Assembly (NCBI GenBank): GCA_963771075.1
Contig: CAVYSE010000028.1
Coordinates: 192,001-256,000, forward strand
Origin: a candidate division FCPU426 bacterium
Lineage (GTDB): Bacteria > Oederibacteriota > Muellerivitia > Muellerivitales > Muellerivitaceae
Direction: 5' to 3'
DNA length: 64,000 nt
The notes under the pieces were generated by a model, which did no database searches, was not told the origin of the DNA, and saw only the letters and a list, made by a program, of their open reading frames with translations. Of this stretch, positions 46,106 through 55,347 are shown one piece after another; within the stretch, counting starts at the first letter, position 1; each line of letters opens with the position of its first letter. The translations under genes were made by a program, and so were the position numbers.

Positions 46106-47005
46106 ATGAATGATTCACTGAATTTGAATCCTTCCCTGCTGGCTTGGCTCATCGCCGGATTTCTTTTTTTCTTCGGCCTGAGCGCCCTTCACTATATCCG
46201 CCAGACCCTCCGCAAAAGAGAAGCTTTACGTGAATTGGCCCGCCAGATGGGTTTCGGATACTTCGTCCTGGTGACCGACCTGACTCGGGCCGGATATGAT
46301 CTCCCGGAGCCCCTCGCGCCTCGGCAGGCCCATTCCCCACTCATCCACCTGGGGCTGGGGCCCGGGTCCCAAAATATCTTGAGGGGGGAGAAAAACGGCT
46401 GGACGATTTTTTACCTTGAAACCCCCGCGCCCGAAAGGGACCGGACCCTGGAAACACTCGCCCTTTTCCTAAACCCGGGCGCGGACCTTCCCTACTTCGA
46501 ACTGGTCCCCCTGAGGCTCTTCGATAAATTTCACCGCCTTTTGGAACTGGACATCCGGGACCTGGTCTCCGGCCCCGGCGTGAGCCGGTTGGAGATCAAA
46601 GGGCTGGCTGATTTTCACAGGCCCAAGCACCACCTTTGGGGCGAAACCCGACGGGCTTCCGACTTCGCATCGATATTTTCGCGGGAGTTCCTGGAATTCC
46701 TGGGGGGCCAGCCCAACTGGCGCATCCAGGCGCGGGGGGACTGGGTGATGATCTTTGAGGAAAATTTCGCCATACCGCCCGAGGCTTTGGGCGAGTTCGC
46801 GTCCCGAACCCAAAGGGCCATGGAACTTTTCTTCAGCGGACTGAAGGATTCAAGGGCTCGGGTCCCGGTAGAGGCTGGAAAAGGGCTGGCTTCGGGGCCC
46901 TTGGACGGTGGCGGGAGCGGCGTTGGGGAGCCGGGTTCCAAGCATCGGACGCTTGGCGGCTCCGTTCGGGAGACTCCCCTGAACGGCCAAAGACCTGCCC
47001 CTTAG
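46106..47005 (+). CDS. Hypothetical membrane-anchored protein
   Basis: N-terminal TM followed by R.EALRELA..MGF. The 3' end overlaps a convergent ORF. Confidence 0.6.
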   Translation: MNDSLNLNPSLLAWLIAGFLFFFGLSALHYIRQTLRKREALRELARQMGFGYFVLVTDLTRAGYDLPEPLAPRQAHSPLIHLGLGPGSQNILRGEKNGWTIFYLETPAPERDRTLETLALFLNPGADLPYFELVPLRLFDKFHRLLELDIRDLVSGPGVSRLEIKGLADFHRPKHHLWGETRRASDFASIFSREFLEFLGGQPNWRIQARGDWVMIFEENFAIPPEALGEFASRTQRAMELFFSGLKDSRARVPVEAGKGLASGPLDGGGSGVGEPGSKHRTLGGSVRETPLNGQRPAP

Positions 47006-47263
47006 GGCGCTCATCGGGCCATTGTGGTTTCCCGCGGGTTGAAGCGGAATAAACCCCGGCGTCTTGATGGGAATGGCCGGGTTTTTCTTCCAATTTCTCC
47101 GGGCCGGCTTCAGGCCGTTCATCTTCAGGGTTCGATTCGGCGCGGACCAAACATTCGTCGCCACGGGAATAAGGCCGTTGTTCTGGGCCGAAAGCGGCAC
47201 GGTTCCAAAAACCACCCCAAGGAATGTTAGGAATAAGCCATATTTCGAAAATACCCGGATCAT
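46850..47263 (-). CDS. Hypothetical secreted basic low-complexity protein
   Basis: Signal peptide ending PLSA-Q; TAGAAT box 6 nt before the ATG. Confidence 0.5.
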   Translation of the reverse strand: MIRVFSKYGLFLTFLGVVFGTVPLSAQNNGLIPVATNVWSAPNRTLKMNGLKPARRNWKKNPAIPIKTPGFIPLQPAGNHNGPMSALRGRSLAVQGSLPNGAAKRPMLGTRLPNAAPATVQGPRSQPFSSLYRDPSP

Positions 47264-47473
47264 GCAAGCATTCTAGTCTGGCTTTCACCAAAATCCAGGA
47301 ATACCGGCTTTACCCATATTGGGCGTCTCTTTTTCTTTTTTACCCATTCCTCCACGGTTCCGGCTCCATTTGCGGAACCCAATCCCCACGATATATAGGA
47401 AATCGGGGAGGACCCCTTTGGCACGTCCTTTGCTTTGCTTATGGAGTCGCTATTCACTTTGACGGGGAGATTT

Positions 47474-47980
47474 ATGCGTTCGACTTTAGACAAAGCAAGC
47501 CGTACCCAAGTCCGCTATTCCAAACCCGCCCAACCACACCTTTCCCTCCCCTGGGTTCCCAAACCGGAAGATTGTTTCACCCAATTCGCCCAAGCCTTGA
47601 GAAACTTCGGGGATTTTCCATCCCATTGGCTGAATACCTTCCGCATTCAATCCTCCGACATGAAATTGGTCCGCACCCTGCGCGTTGGAGGACATAACGG
47701 GATCACCTGTCTGATCCGCACTTCCCCCCGGCTGGAGAGCTATCTCCAGGAAAACGCCAATCCCCTGATCCGGGTGGGGGAACCCCTGTTTGACCGGCTG
47801 GCGGTGGAATTTACCCAACGCATCGCCCACCTCTGTTTGGGATCCACCCTGATGATCGCGCCCGAAATCCAACCGGGAATCCCCAAGCTTCTTCAGGACC
47901 GTGAGCCGGATGTTGTTTGCAAGGTCCTGGTGGACGTAACATTCGTCGAAATCCTTCTCTTTCGGGAACCGCTCACCTAG
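47474..47980 (+). CDS. Hypothetical protein
   Basis: SD GGGGAG before ATG 47474; 168-aa ORF. Confidence 0.55.
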   Translation: MRSTLDKASRTQVRYSKPAQPHLSLPWVPKPEDCFTQFAQALRNFGDFPSHWLNTFRIQSSDMKLVRTLRVGGHNGITCLIRTSPRLESYLQENANPLIRVGEPLFDRLAVEFTQRIAHLCLGSTLMIAPEIQPGIPKLLQDREPDVVCKVLVDVTFVEILLFREPLT

Positions 47981-48068
47981 CGGTAACCCAATTCCGCACC
48001 TAAAGGTTTTTTTCTTCGGGGCAGGGCCTTTTCTTTTTTCGAACTTTTCCCCATTCTCTATCTAGGTC

Positions 48069-48128
48069 AGCTATTAGCGGTTAGCCGTTGGCTTTTAGCT
48101 AATAACTAAAAACCAATGGCTAACGGCT
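48069..48128. repeat. 7-nt-periodic inverted repeat
   Basis: AGCGGTTAGCCGTTGGCTTTTAG pairs with CTAAAAACCAATGGCTAACGGCT. Confidence 0.7.
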
Positions 48129-48161
48129 GCTTTTGAGAGCAGTTGTTGTGAGGTTCCAACC

Positions 48162-48977
48162 ATGGCCATCACTATTAATAAAGAGGGGTCGAATGGCCCC
48201 ATGCCGGTGGGTTTCGTGGGTCATGGCGCGCCGACTTTGGGGATGGAGGACAACGCCATCACCCAAGCCTGGCGCCGCTGGGCCCTTTCCCTCCCCAAAC
48301 CCAAGGCCGTTCTGGTCTTCTCGGCGCATTGGCTTTCGGACAAACCCCTGGTCGGCCCCCTCACTCCCCAGCCCTTGATCTACGACTTTTATGGATTTCC
48401 CGAGGAACTTTACCGGGTGAAATACGAACCTGCTGTTCCCGAAAAGTTGATCCGCGGAACCTTGGACCTTTTGCGCTCGGCGGATTGGAACCCCTCCTCC
48501 GCGCCCGAAAGGGGCCTGGACCACGGTGCCTGGGTACCCTTGATGAAAATGTTCCCGGACGCCGGCATCCCCGCCTTCCAGGTTTCCCTTCCCACCCAAG
48601 TGCCCCTCTCCGATCATCTGGCTTTGGGAAAAACTCTGGCGCCCCTTCGGGAAGAGGGCGTCTTCATTCTGGGGAGCGGAAACGTGACCCACAACCTCCA
48701 GCGGGTGAATTTTCACGACCGCCAAGCCGAACCGGAGGACTGGGCGAAAGATTTCGACGCTTGGGTAGTGGAGACGTTGGAAGGGGGCGGTCTTGAAACG
48801 TTGACTCGGTATCGGGAAGCCCCGGGCGGGGCTCAATCCCATCCGACGGACGACCATTACGTGCCCCTGGTGGCCGCGGCCGCCGCTGCTGGTGCACATG
48901 GTAAACCCCATATCCGATACCCCCATGAGGGTTTCGACTACGGGACCCTTTCCATGCGTTGCGTGGAATTTTCCTGA
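48162..48977 (+). CDS. ygiD: DODA/LigB-type extradiol dioxygenase
   Basis: GHGAP, SAHW, IYDFYGFPEELY, RGLDHGAWVPL, GSGNVTHNL and HPTDDHYVPL motifs. Confidence 0.9.
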   Translation: MAITINKEGSNGPMPVGFVGHGAPTLGMEDNAITQAWRRWALSLPKPKAVLVFSAHWLSDKPLVGPLTPQPLIYDFYGFPEELYRVKYEPAVPEKLIRGTLDLLRSADWNPSSAPERGLDHGAWVPLMKMFPDAGIPAFQVSLPTQVPLSDHLALGKTLAPLREEGVFILGSGNVTHNLQRVNFHDRQAEPEDWAKDFDAWVVETLEGGGLETLTRYREAPGGAQSHPTDDHYVPLVAAAAAAGAHGKPHIRYPHEGFDYGTLSMRCVEFS

Positions 48978-48981
48978 GCCT

Positions 48982-49521
48982 CTAGGGCTGGGCCGCCTGG
49001 CTGGGCACTTTCAGCCACGCCGGCTTCGAGCCCGGGGTCAGGTTGTCCATATGCTTCAGGAAAAGTGTGATCTTCCAGATTTGGTCATCATTGAGGGTGC
49101 CGCTGAAACCGGGCATGCCCGTGAGGCGGATACCGTGTTTGATTTTCCAGAAGGTCACGCCTTCCGGGTCATCCTCCACCCCGTCGTCGGCTAGCTGGGG
49201 GGCTTTTTGGTATAAGCCGACCGCGATATTAGAAGGTTTGGCGTCCGCAGCCCCGTGGCAAACCGCGCAATTGAAGGCATACAGGCGAATTCCCTCGATC
49301 AAGTTCGGGTCGGTCAGGGCCACCGGGTTTCCGCCCTGAGGCGCTTCCCGTTGGATGGCGGCGTGGAGGGAGGTCCGGGCCGCCCATTTTTCCCAAACGG
49401 GAGGCTTGCCGTCCGCGTTGGCGGGCATCCTCCCGGACGTGATGAACCAGTATCCCCCGCCTAATAGAAGAAAGAGCACCGTCAAACAGCCCCACAAATA
49501 TGACTTTATCATGGATCCCAT
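48982..49521 (-). CDS. Membrane-anchored c-type cytochrome
   Basis: N-terminal TM, CAVCH heme motif, FWKIKHGIRLTGMP. Confidence 0.9.
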   Translation of the reverse strand: MGSMIKSYLWGCLTVLFLLLGGGYWFITSGRMPANADGKPPVWEKWAARTSLHAAIQREAPQGGNPVALTDPNLIEGIRLYAFNCAVCHGAADAKPSNIAVGLYQKAPQLADDGVEDDPEGVTFWKIKHGIRLTGMPGFSGTLNDDQIWKITLFLKHMDNLTPGSKPAWLKVPSQAAQP

Positions 49522-49702
49522 CCTCCCTATGCGTCGTTTGATATGTTTTGGACGTTCAATCTTGTGGAACAGACACTTTCAGACTATGAATATCGTCCAT
49601 AGGACATGACTTTTTCAAGCCGGACGTTAACCCTTTCGCCATCTTGTTTTGTCCGGTATGAGGGGTTTAGTTTATGAGGAACTAGGCAGGGGAGGTTTCC
49701 CA

Positions 49703-50152
49703 ATGGTAGTGGCATACGAAAAATTCCGCGCCGTCCGTCGCCAGTTGAACCTGATCTTCACTCAGAATCTGAGGCCCCTCAAGATCGGTCCCAAACAAGC
49801 CGTCATGCTGCGGCATATCGACTCCATGGGAAAATGCTCCCTCGCGGACCTTTCCCGGGCCACCGCCACCGATCCCGCCGCGGTCAACCGGGCCATCGCC
49901 TCCATGATTTCGCGCGGATTGATCCACCGCCAGGCGCACGAGTCGGACCACCGTTGCTGGCAGGTTTCCCTCACCGAAAAGGGCCGTAACATGGCCCGGG
50001 ACATCGACCGTGTTTACGGTCAGGTCGCCGAAGTGCTCGTCGCTCCCCTCAATACGGAGGAACGGAACACGCTCTTGTCTCTCCTGGATAAAGTGGCCGA
50101 ATCCATTCCCGCAGACAAGCCCCGGAAAAGGGAGCTTGCGGGAAAACGCTGA
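49703..50152 (+). CDS. MarR-family regulator
   Basis: LADLS..T..D.AAV.R.I..M and DHR...VSLTEKG motifs; SD GGGGAGG. Confidence 0.9.
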   Translation: MVVAYEKFRAVRRQLNLIFTQNLRPLKIGPKQAVMLRHIDSMGKCSLADLSRATATDPAAVNRAIASMISRGLIHRQAHESDHRCWQVSLTEKGRNMARDIDRVYGQVAEVLVAPLNTEERNTLLSLLDKVAESIPADKPRKRELAGKR

Positions 50153-50241
50153 TCACCTTAAAAGGGTTCCCTCAATCAAACAAATGAACAAAATCATGCC
50201 GGCTCCCCTACCCACCTTATAAGGAACCCATTTCCTCTTCC

Positions 50242-50607
50242 TTAGGTAAGATCCCGATGGACGGTATCCGCGGAAAAAGCGGGAAGGCAAACCGCCATAG
50301 TCTCGGCGCCGCCGTTGTGAGGGGTGCTGTAGCGGACCCACTCCCCCTTCAATACATGGACCGCCTGCCCGGCCCCCACATCAAAGATGGAGCCTTTCGT
50401 TTCCACCCTCAAACAACCTGACAGGACGAGGGTGTATTCGTCAAACTCGGGGGTTTGCCCCGGTTCGACCCACCCTTGCGGGCTTTTCATCCGGGCGACG
50501 CTGACCTTTTCTTCCTTGGACTTGACCCTGCCGAAAAATTCCTCGATCCGCTTGGGCTTGTTTCCCGCGGCTTCCACGACCGCCGGGGAGGATATGAGTT
50601 CGGCCAT
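50242..50607 (-). CDS. Cupin-domain protein
   Basis: GNKPKRIEEFFGRV, GWVEPGQTPEFDEYTLV and AVCLPAFS motifs. Confidence 0.85.
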   Translation of the reverse strand: MAELISSPAVVEAAGNKPKRIEEFFGRVKSKEEKVSVARMKSPQGWVEPGQTPEFDEYTLVLSGCLRVETKGSIFDVGAGQAVHVLKGEWVRYSTPHNGGAETMAVCLPAFSADTVHRDLT

Positions 50608-50637
50608 AGGTTTTCTCCTTCTCGGCTATAGGATCCA

Positions 50638-52281
50638 TCAGTGCGCGTCGGTCGCCTTCGCCAATTGAGCGGGTCGGTGCATGAAAAAGGTGGGGATCAG
50701 GGTCAGGCTGAAAACCAGCACCATAATCCACATCATGTAATCGAAGCTCACCACAAAGGCTTGTTTCTGCACCCGGAAATAGGCCTCCCGCGCCAGAAGG
50801 CCGTTGGTATTGAACATCCCGACCTCGTTGGAAAGCCGATAGCCCAGCGCCTTCGCCCCGTAGGACCACTGGGTGAAGCTCGAGTTCAAGGGGCTGATGA
50901 ACTGGACCAGGTTATGGTACACCCGGTCCTGGGACTGCTTGAACATGGTGGCGAAGACCGCGATGCCCACGCTTCCCCCGATCTGCCGGGAAAGGTTCAT
51001 GATGCCCGCCGCCTGGCCCAGGTTGGGCCCGGTGAACTGCCCCAGCACCACCGCGTTGATGGGAACGAACAGGCTGGACATCCCCGCGCCGCGGATCATG
51101 AGCGGCCAGAAGAGGTTCCAATAGGTGGATTGGGCGGAAAAATGCGCGATCATGAAAAGGGCGATCTCCGAGCAGGAAAGGCCGTAAAAGATGAATAGGC
51201 GCGGGTCCCTTTTCTGGATCTGCATGCCGATGACCGGCATCATGAGGCCCGACAGGATGGCGCTGGGCATGAAAAGGTTCCCGGTCTGGGTGGCGTTCAT
51301 GGTCAGCATGAACTGGGCGAAGATGGGGATGAAAAAGATCAGGGCGTAAAGCATGCCCCCCACCGAGGCCATGAGGAAGGCCCCGTTGAAAAGCGCGAGA
51401 TTCTTGAAGAGCCTCAGGTCCACGATGGGGTGCTCGACCTTCAATTCCCACCATAAGAAAGCCGGGAGAGTGATGGCGGAAATAATGGCCATCACCACGA
51501 TGGTTTGGGAGGAAAACCAATCGTCCGCTTCCCCGCGCTCCAGCAAGAATTGCAGGCATCCCACCCCCGTCACGAGCAGTCCCAGCCCAATAAAATCCAC
51601 CGGCGCGCTGCGCATGCGGTTGTGGTGTTCCTCGTGGTGCTTTTCCACCTTGTAATCGGTCACGAACATGGCGGCCATGAAGGCCGCCAGGAGACCCAGC
51701 GGAAGGTTGATGTTGAAGATCATGCGCCAGCCGAAATGGTCGGTCAGGTAGCCGCCCAAGGGGGGGCCCAGGGTGGGGCCGATGATGACCACCATGCCGT
51801 AAAGCGCGGACCCCAGGCCGGAACGGCCGGGAAAGGCTTCCTGGATCAGGGCTTGGGAGGTGGGCAAGAGGGCCCCGCCGGCCAGGCCCTGCAGGACCCG
51901 GAAAAGCACCAGCGCCTGGAGATTGGGGGCGAATCCGCAGGCCACCGAGGAGGCCACGAAGAGAAGGATGCAGGTGATGTAATAAAAGCGCCGCCCGAAT
52001 CGGACCCCCAGCCAGCCCGAGATGGGAAGCACGATGGCATTGGAGATGATGTAGCCGGTGACCACCCAGCCGATCTCGTCCAGGGTGGCGCCCAGGTTGC
52101 CCATCATGGTGGGGATCGCCACGTTCACGATGGAGGTATCGACGATCTCCAGCATGGAGGCCAGCCCCGCCGTGATGACCATCATCACCGCTGCGCGGGA
52201 AATGCCCTGGGCCGGCGCGGACACATGCCCGGCTGCCGCGCCCAACGCTTGATCCTGGGAATGATGTTTTGAATCGGCCAT
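50638..52281 (-). CDS. emrB: DHA2 MFS efflux permease
   Basis: DTSIVNVAIP, WVVTGY, FRVLQG, GPTLGP.LGG and WRMIFNINLP motifs. Confidence 0.9.
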   Translation of the reverse strand: MADSKHHSQDQALGAAAGHVSAPAQGISRAAVMMVITAGLASMLEIVDTSIVNVAIPTMMGNLGATLDEIGWVVTGYIISNAIVLPISGWLGVRFGRRFYYITCILLFVASSVACGFAPNLQALVLFRVLQGLAGGALLPTSQALIQEAFPGRSGLGSALYGMVVIIGPTLGPPLGGYLTDHFGWRMIFNINLPLGLLAAFMAAMFVTDYKVEKHHEEHHNRMRSAPVDFIGLGLLVTGVGCLQFLLERGEADDWFSSQTIVVMAIISAITLPAFLWWELKVEHPIVDLRLFKNLALFNGAFLMASVGGMLYALIFFIPIFAQFMLTMNATQTGNLFMPSAILSGLMMPVIGMQIQKRDPRLFIFYGLSCSEIALFMIAHFSAQSTYWNLFWPLMIRGAGMSSLFVPINAVVLGQFTGPNLGQAAGIMNLSRQIGGSVGIAVFATMFKQSQDRVYHNLVQFISPLNSSFTQWSYGAKALGYRLSNEVGMFNTNGLLAREAYFRVQKQAFVVSFDYMMWIMVLVFSLTLIPTFFMHRPAQLAKATDAH

Positions 52282-52408
52282 GTTCAGCTTTCTGTTTTTT
52301 AAGTTTGGAGTGGTTCGTTTTCTTTATTGATAGTTTTTCAAATTGCGATTGAAAAACATTCCTTACTTAGAACTTAAATCGAGGTCCCCACCCTGGTTGT
52401 GATTCGTT

Positions 52409-53263
52409 TCAGTGGATCTTCACGTCCACCACGGCGGATAGTCCCGCCGGGAGCCGATCGATATCCTGGGGGGAGAGGTACAGAAGCTTGATCTTGACCG
52501 GGATACGCTGGACCACCTTGGTGAAATTACCCGTGGAATTGTCCGGCGGCAAAAGGGTGAAGGTGGAGCCGGTGGCCGAGCCGATGGAATCCACCACGCC
52601 CTCGAACTTTTTTCCCGTGACCGCGTCCACTTCCACCGCCACCTTCTGGCCCGGTTTGATGGAGGATAGCTGGGTTTCCTTGAAATTGGCCGTGATCCAG
52701 CGCTCTTGGGACGAAACGAAACCAAAAAGGGCCTGGCCGGGGGGAATCACCATCCCGGGTTCCACCGACTTTTTCGCGATGGAACCGTCCTCCGGAGCGG
52801 TGATCTGGGTGTAGCTCAGGTTCAGCTTGGCCTCGTCCGCCTTGAACTGGTCGGCTTTCAATTTGGCCTGCAGATTGTGGAACCGCGCCACGGCCTTGTC
52901 GAATTCGGCCTTGGAAACGGCCTTCTCATGGTACAAGCGGCTGATGCGGTCGTAATCGAGGGAAGCCTGCTCCAGGTCGGCCTGCACGGAGGATTGGTCG
53001 GCCGCGACCTGGTTAAAGGCCGCCGAGTAATCCTTATCGTCGATCTGGGCCAAGAGCTCGCCCGCCTTCACCTTGTCGTTCTCATCCACCAACACCTTTT
53101 GGACCGTGCCGCCGATGCGGGCGGATAGCATCAGGGAATGGGCCTGCACATAGGCGTCGTCGGTGGACTCGTAATAGTAGGCGCGGTAGCCGAAATAACA
53201 CGCCGCCGCCAGGGCCAAGATCACGACGACTCGGATGAACAGGTTTTTTCGTTCCTTACTCAT
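52409..53263 (-). CDS. emrA: HlyD/EmrA-family membrane fusion protein
   Basis: STDDAYV, ANFKETQL and LPPDNSTGNFTKVVQRIPV motifs. Confidence 0.9.
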   Translation of the reverse strand: MSKERKNLFIRVVVILALAAACYFGYRAYYYESTDDAYVQAHSLMLSARIGGTVQKVLVDENDKVKAGELLAQIDDKDYSAAFNQVAADQSSVQADLEQASLDYDRISRLYHEKAVSKAEFDKAVARFHNLQAKLKADQFKADEAKLNLSYTQITAPEDGSIAKKSVEPGMVIPPGQALFGFVSSQERWITANFKETQLSSIKPGQKVAVEVDAVTGKKFEGVVDSIGSATGSTFTLLPPDNSTGNFTKVVQRIPVKIKLLYLSPQDIDRLPAGLSAVVDVKIH

Positions 53264-54629
53264 GGCTGATCCTCTTTCCCACGGTGTTTTCAAGATTAAT
53301 CAAGGCTTCCAGCGCGTCCACCTGGGCTTGCACCAGGCCCGCCTCCGCCTGGAACTGGTCCAGTTCGGCGTCCAGGACGTCGGTGGTGGTGCGGGTGCCC
53401 GCCTTGAAGCCCAGAATGGCCAGGCGGGAATTCTCCCTCGACTCGTCGATCTCCGTCAGTTTGGATCGATAGAGGGCGACTTTCGAGACTAACGTCCGTT
53501 TCCAGATGTCGAAATCAAAAGGGGCCCTCAGCTTGGCGCTGTTAAAGTCATCGATCGACTCATTGGCCTGTTCCTGGGCCGCGTTGGCTTGGGCCCAGGA
53601 CTGTCCTCCGTCCAACAGGTTCCAGGTGGCGGCCGCGCCCACGAAATAACTTGTACTGACGTTGCCCGTATTCATCGGATCGGACCCGATGGTATAGGCT
53701 TGTTCGTTGTACCAGGTGTAATCCCCGATTAATTGGACCTTGGGAATCCAAAAGGATTCCGCCGCGGCGCTGCGGTCCTGGGCCGCCAAGGCCGTCAGTT
53801 TCTTGGCCTTGAGGTCGGGCCGGTTCTCGTAATCCTCCTGGTTCACCCGGGAGAGTATCTCGTCCGGGTTCAGGATCGGCAGGGTCCCGGATAAAACCCG
53901 ATCGTCCGCTTTATACCCCATCGCGTTAGCGAGGGCTTCCCGGGCCAACACCACATTGTCGTGCGCGGAGATCTGGTCCGATTGGGCGCGGGATAGTTTG
54001 ACATTGACGCTCAAGAGGTCGTATTGGGTGGCCTGGCCGTTGTCCAATTGGTCCTTCACGACACGCTGATGGTCCTGCAGGGTCTTCACGTTCTGGTCTG
54101 CGGTATCGGCCAGCTCCTTCTTGGCAAGGGCGTTGTAATAGGCCAGCCGGACACGCTGGGTTAATTGAAAGGAAGCCCATTGCGAGGAAAGCTTGGCGGA
54201 TTCATGCTGGTTGTTCGCCGCGTCCAACTGGTGGATGTTTTGGAAGCCATCGAAAAGATCGAAGGTCGCGTCCACCGACAGGTCCGCGATGGGGAAATTC
54301 TCCAGGAAGGGCTGGAGCCCACCGGGACCGAACGAAACAAGTTCTTGGGGGTACTGATTGTCGAAAAAATACTTTCCCCCGATGCTGAGGTGGGGAAGGA
54401 ACCCGGCGGTAAAGGCCTCGACCTGTTCCCAGGAGGCCTCCTTTTCCGCGTTGATGGCCTTCTGGTAATCCGGTGAATGTTCGATGGCTTCCAACTCGGC
54501 GGTCGCCAGGTCCAAGGACGGGGAAGGTGTCCCGGCCGGGGAAGCGGCCACGGCTTCGGTCTGGGCGTAAACCCACGGAGCCAACCCCACCGATAAAATG
54601 AACAGGCCTAAGCGTGTCTTGCTTTTCAT
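53256..54629 (-). CDS. TolC-family outer-membrane efflux protein
   Basis: Signal peptide, LFDGF, VRLAYYNAL and FKAGTRTTTDVLDAE motifs; in the efflux operon. Confidence 0.9.
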   Translation of the reverse strand: MKSKTRLGLFILSVGLAPWVYAQTEAVAASPAGTPSPSLDLATAELEAIEHSPDYQKAINAEKEASWEQVEAFTAGFLPHLSIGGKYFFDNQYPQELVSFGPGGLQPFLENFPIADLSVDATFDLFDGFQNIHQLDAANNQHESAKLSSQWASFQLTQRVRLAYYNALAKKELADTADQNVKTLQDHQRVVKDQLDNGQATQYDLLSVNVKLSRAQSDQISAHDNVVLAREALANAMGYKADDRVLSGTLPILNPDEILSRVNQEDYENRPDLKAKKLTALAAQDRSAAAESFWIPKVQLIGDYTWYNEQAYTIGSDPMNTGNVSTSYFVGAAATWNLLDGGQSWAQANAAQEQANESIDDFNSAKLRAPFDFDIWKRTLVSKVALYRSKLTEIDESRENSRLAILGFKAGTRTTTDVLDAELDQFQAEAGLVQAQVDALEALINLENTVGKRISHE

Positions 54630-55135
54630 ATCGTTCCTCGATTCGACTCGTTTGAAAGATGGGATAAAACCAGTTTTTTCAAGAGCTTAAAAATTTCCTT
54701 TTGTTCATGGGTGGATAGGCTCGACAGAAATTTCTTGTCGGCCGCCTCGCTCAGCTTATGGGCCTTGGGAAGGATTTCCTTGCCCTTCGGGGTTAATACC
54801 AGGGCGTGGGAACGACGGTCGGTGGGGTGCTCCTGCCTTTCCACCAACCCTTTTTTCTCCAGTTCATCCACGAGGCTAACCATGGTGGTACGGTCGATAT
54901 GGGTGCATTTGCCGATCTCGTGCTGGCTGACCGAGCCTTTTTCATTCAATACCAGCAAAACCCCCCATTCTTTCCCATCGATCCCTAAAGGCGCCAGGGC
55001 TTCCTGGTAGGCCTCCCGTATCTTTTGTCCTCCCTTATTCAACAAAAAACCCATCCGGCCCAAAAGAACCTCCGGAACGGGGTCCGGGGCCTTTGCGGAA
55101 AGACCAGACTTTTCGAACAATGATTTTAAAACCAT
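54626..55135 (-). CDS. MarR-family regulator of the efflux operon
   Basis: IDRTTMVSLVDELEKKGLVER..TDRR...LTPKG. Confidence 0.92.
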   Translation of the reverse strand: MVLKSLFEKSGLSAKAPDPVPEVLLGRMGFLLNKGGQKIREAYQEALAPLGIDGKEWGVLLVLNEKGSVSQHEIGKCTHIDRTTMVSLVDELEKKGLVERQEHPTDRRSHALVLTPKGKEILPKAHKLSEAADKKFLSSLSTHEQKEIFKLLKKLVLSHLSNESNRGTI

Positions 55136-55161
55136 TTAATTGATAATCCTTTTCATCATGC

Positions 55162-55202
55162 TTCGGATAATCAGTAATACTGATTATCCGAACAAGTGTC
55201 AA
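55162..55202 (-). promoter_or_regulatory. Perfect 15-bp inverted repeat (MarR operator) next to a TTGACA -35 box
   Basis: TTCGGATAATCAGTA-A-TACTGATTATCCGAA at 55162-55192; TTGACA on the minus strand at 55202-55197. Confidence 0.8.
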
Positions 55203-55347
55203 TCCCCTGTTCCAAAAATAATGAGGGAACAAGAAGCCGTCTAATTTCTTTTGGGCTGTTCGGAAACCTTGGAACGTTTTCCTTGTTGTCCGCACCCCGC
55301 TTTTAAAATTTCTTGACCGCCCTGGAATCGGCGTTTAGGCTCTTGTC

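Noticed and set aside
47474..47980. CheX/CheC-like phosphatase
   Set aside because: Only a vague resemblance (VEFTQRIA vs ExxN); the catalytic Asn is absent and no chemotaxis genes are nearby.
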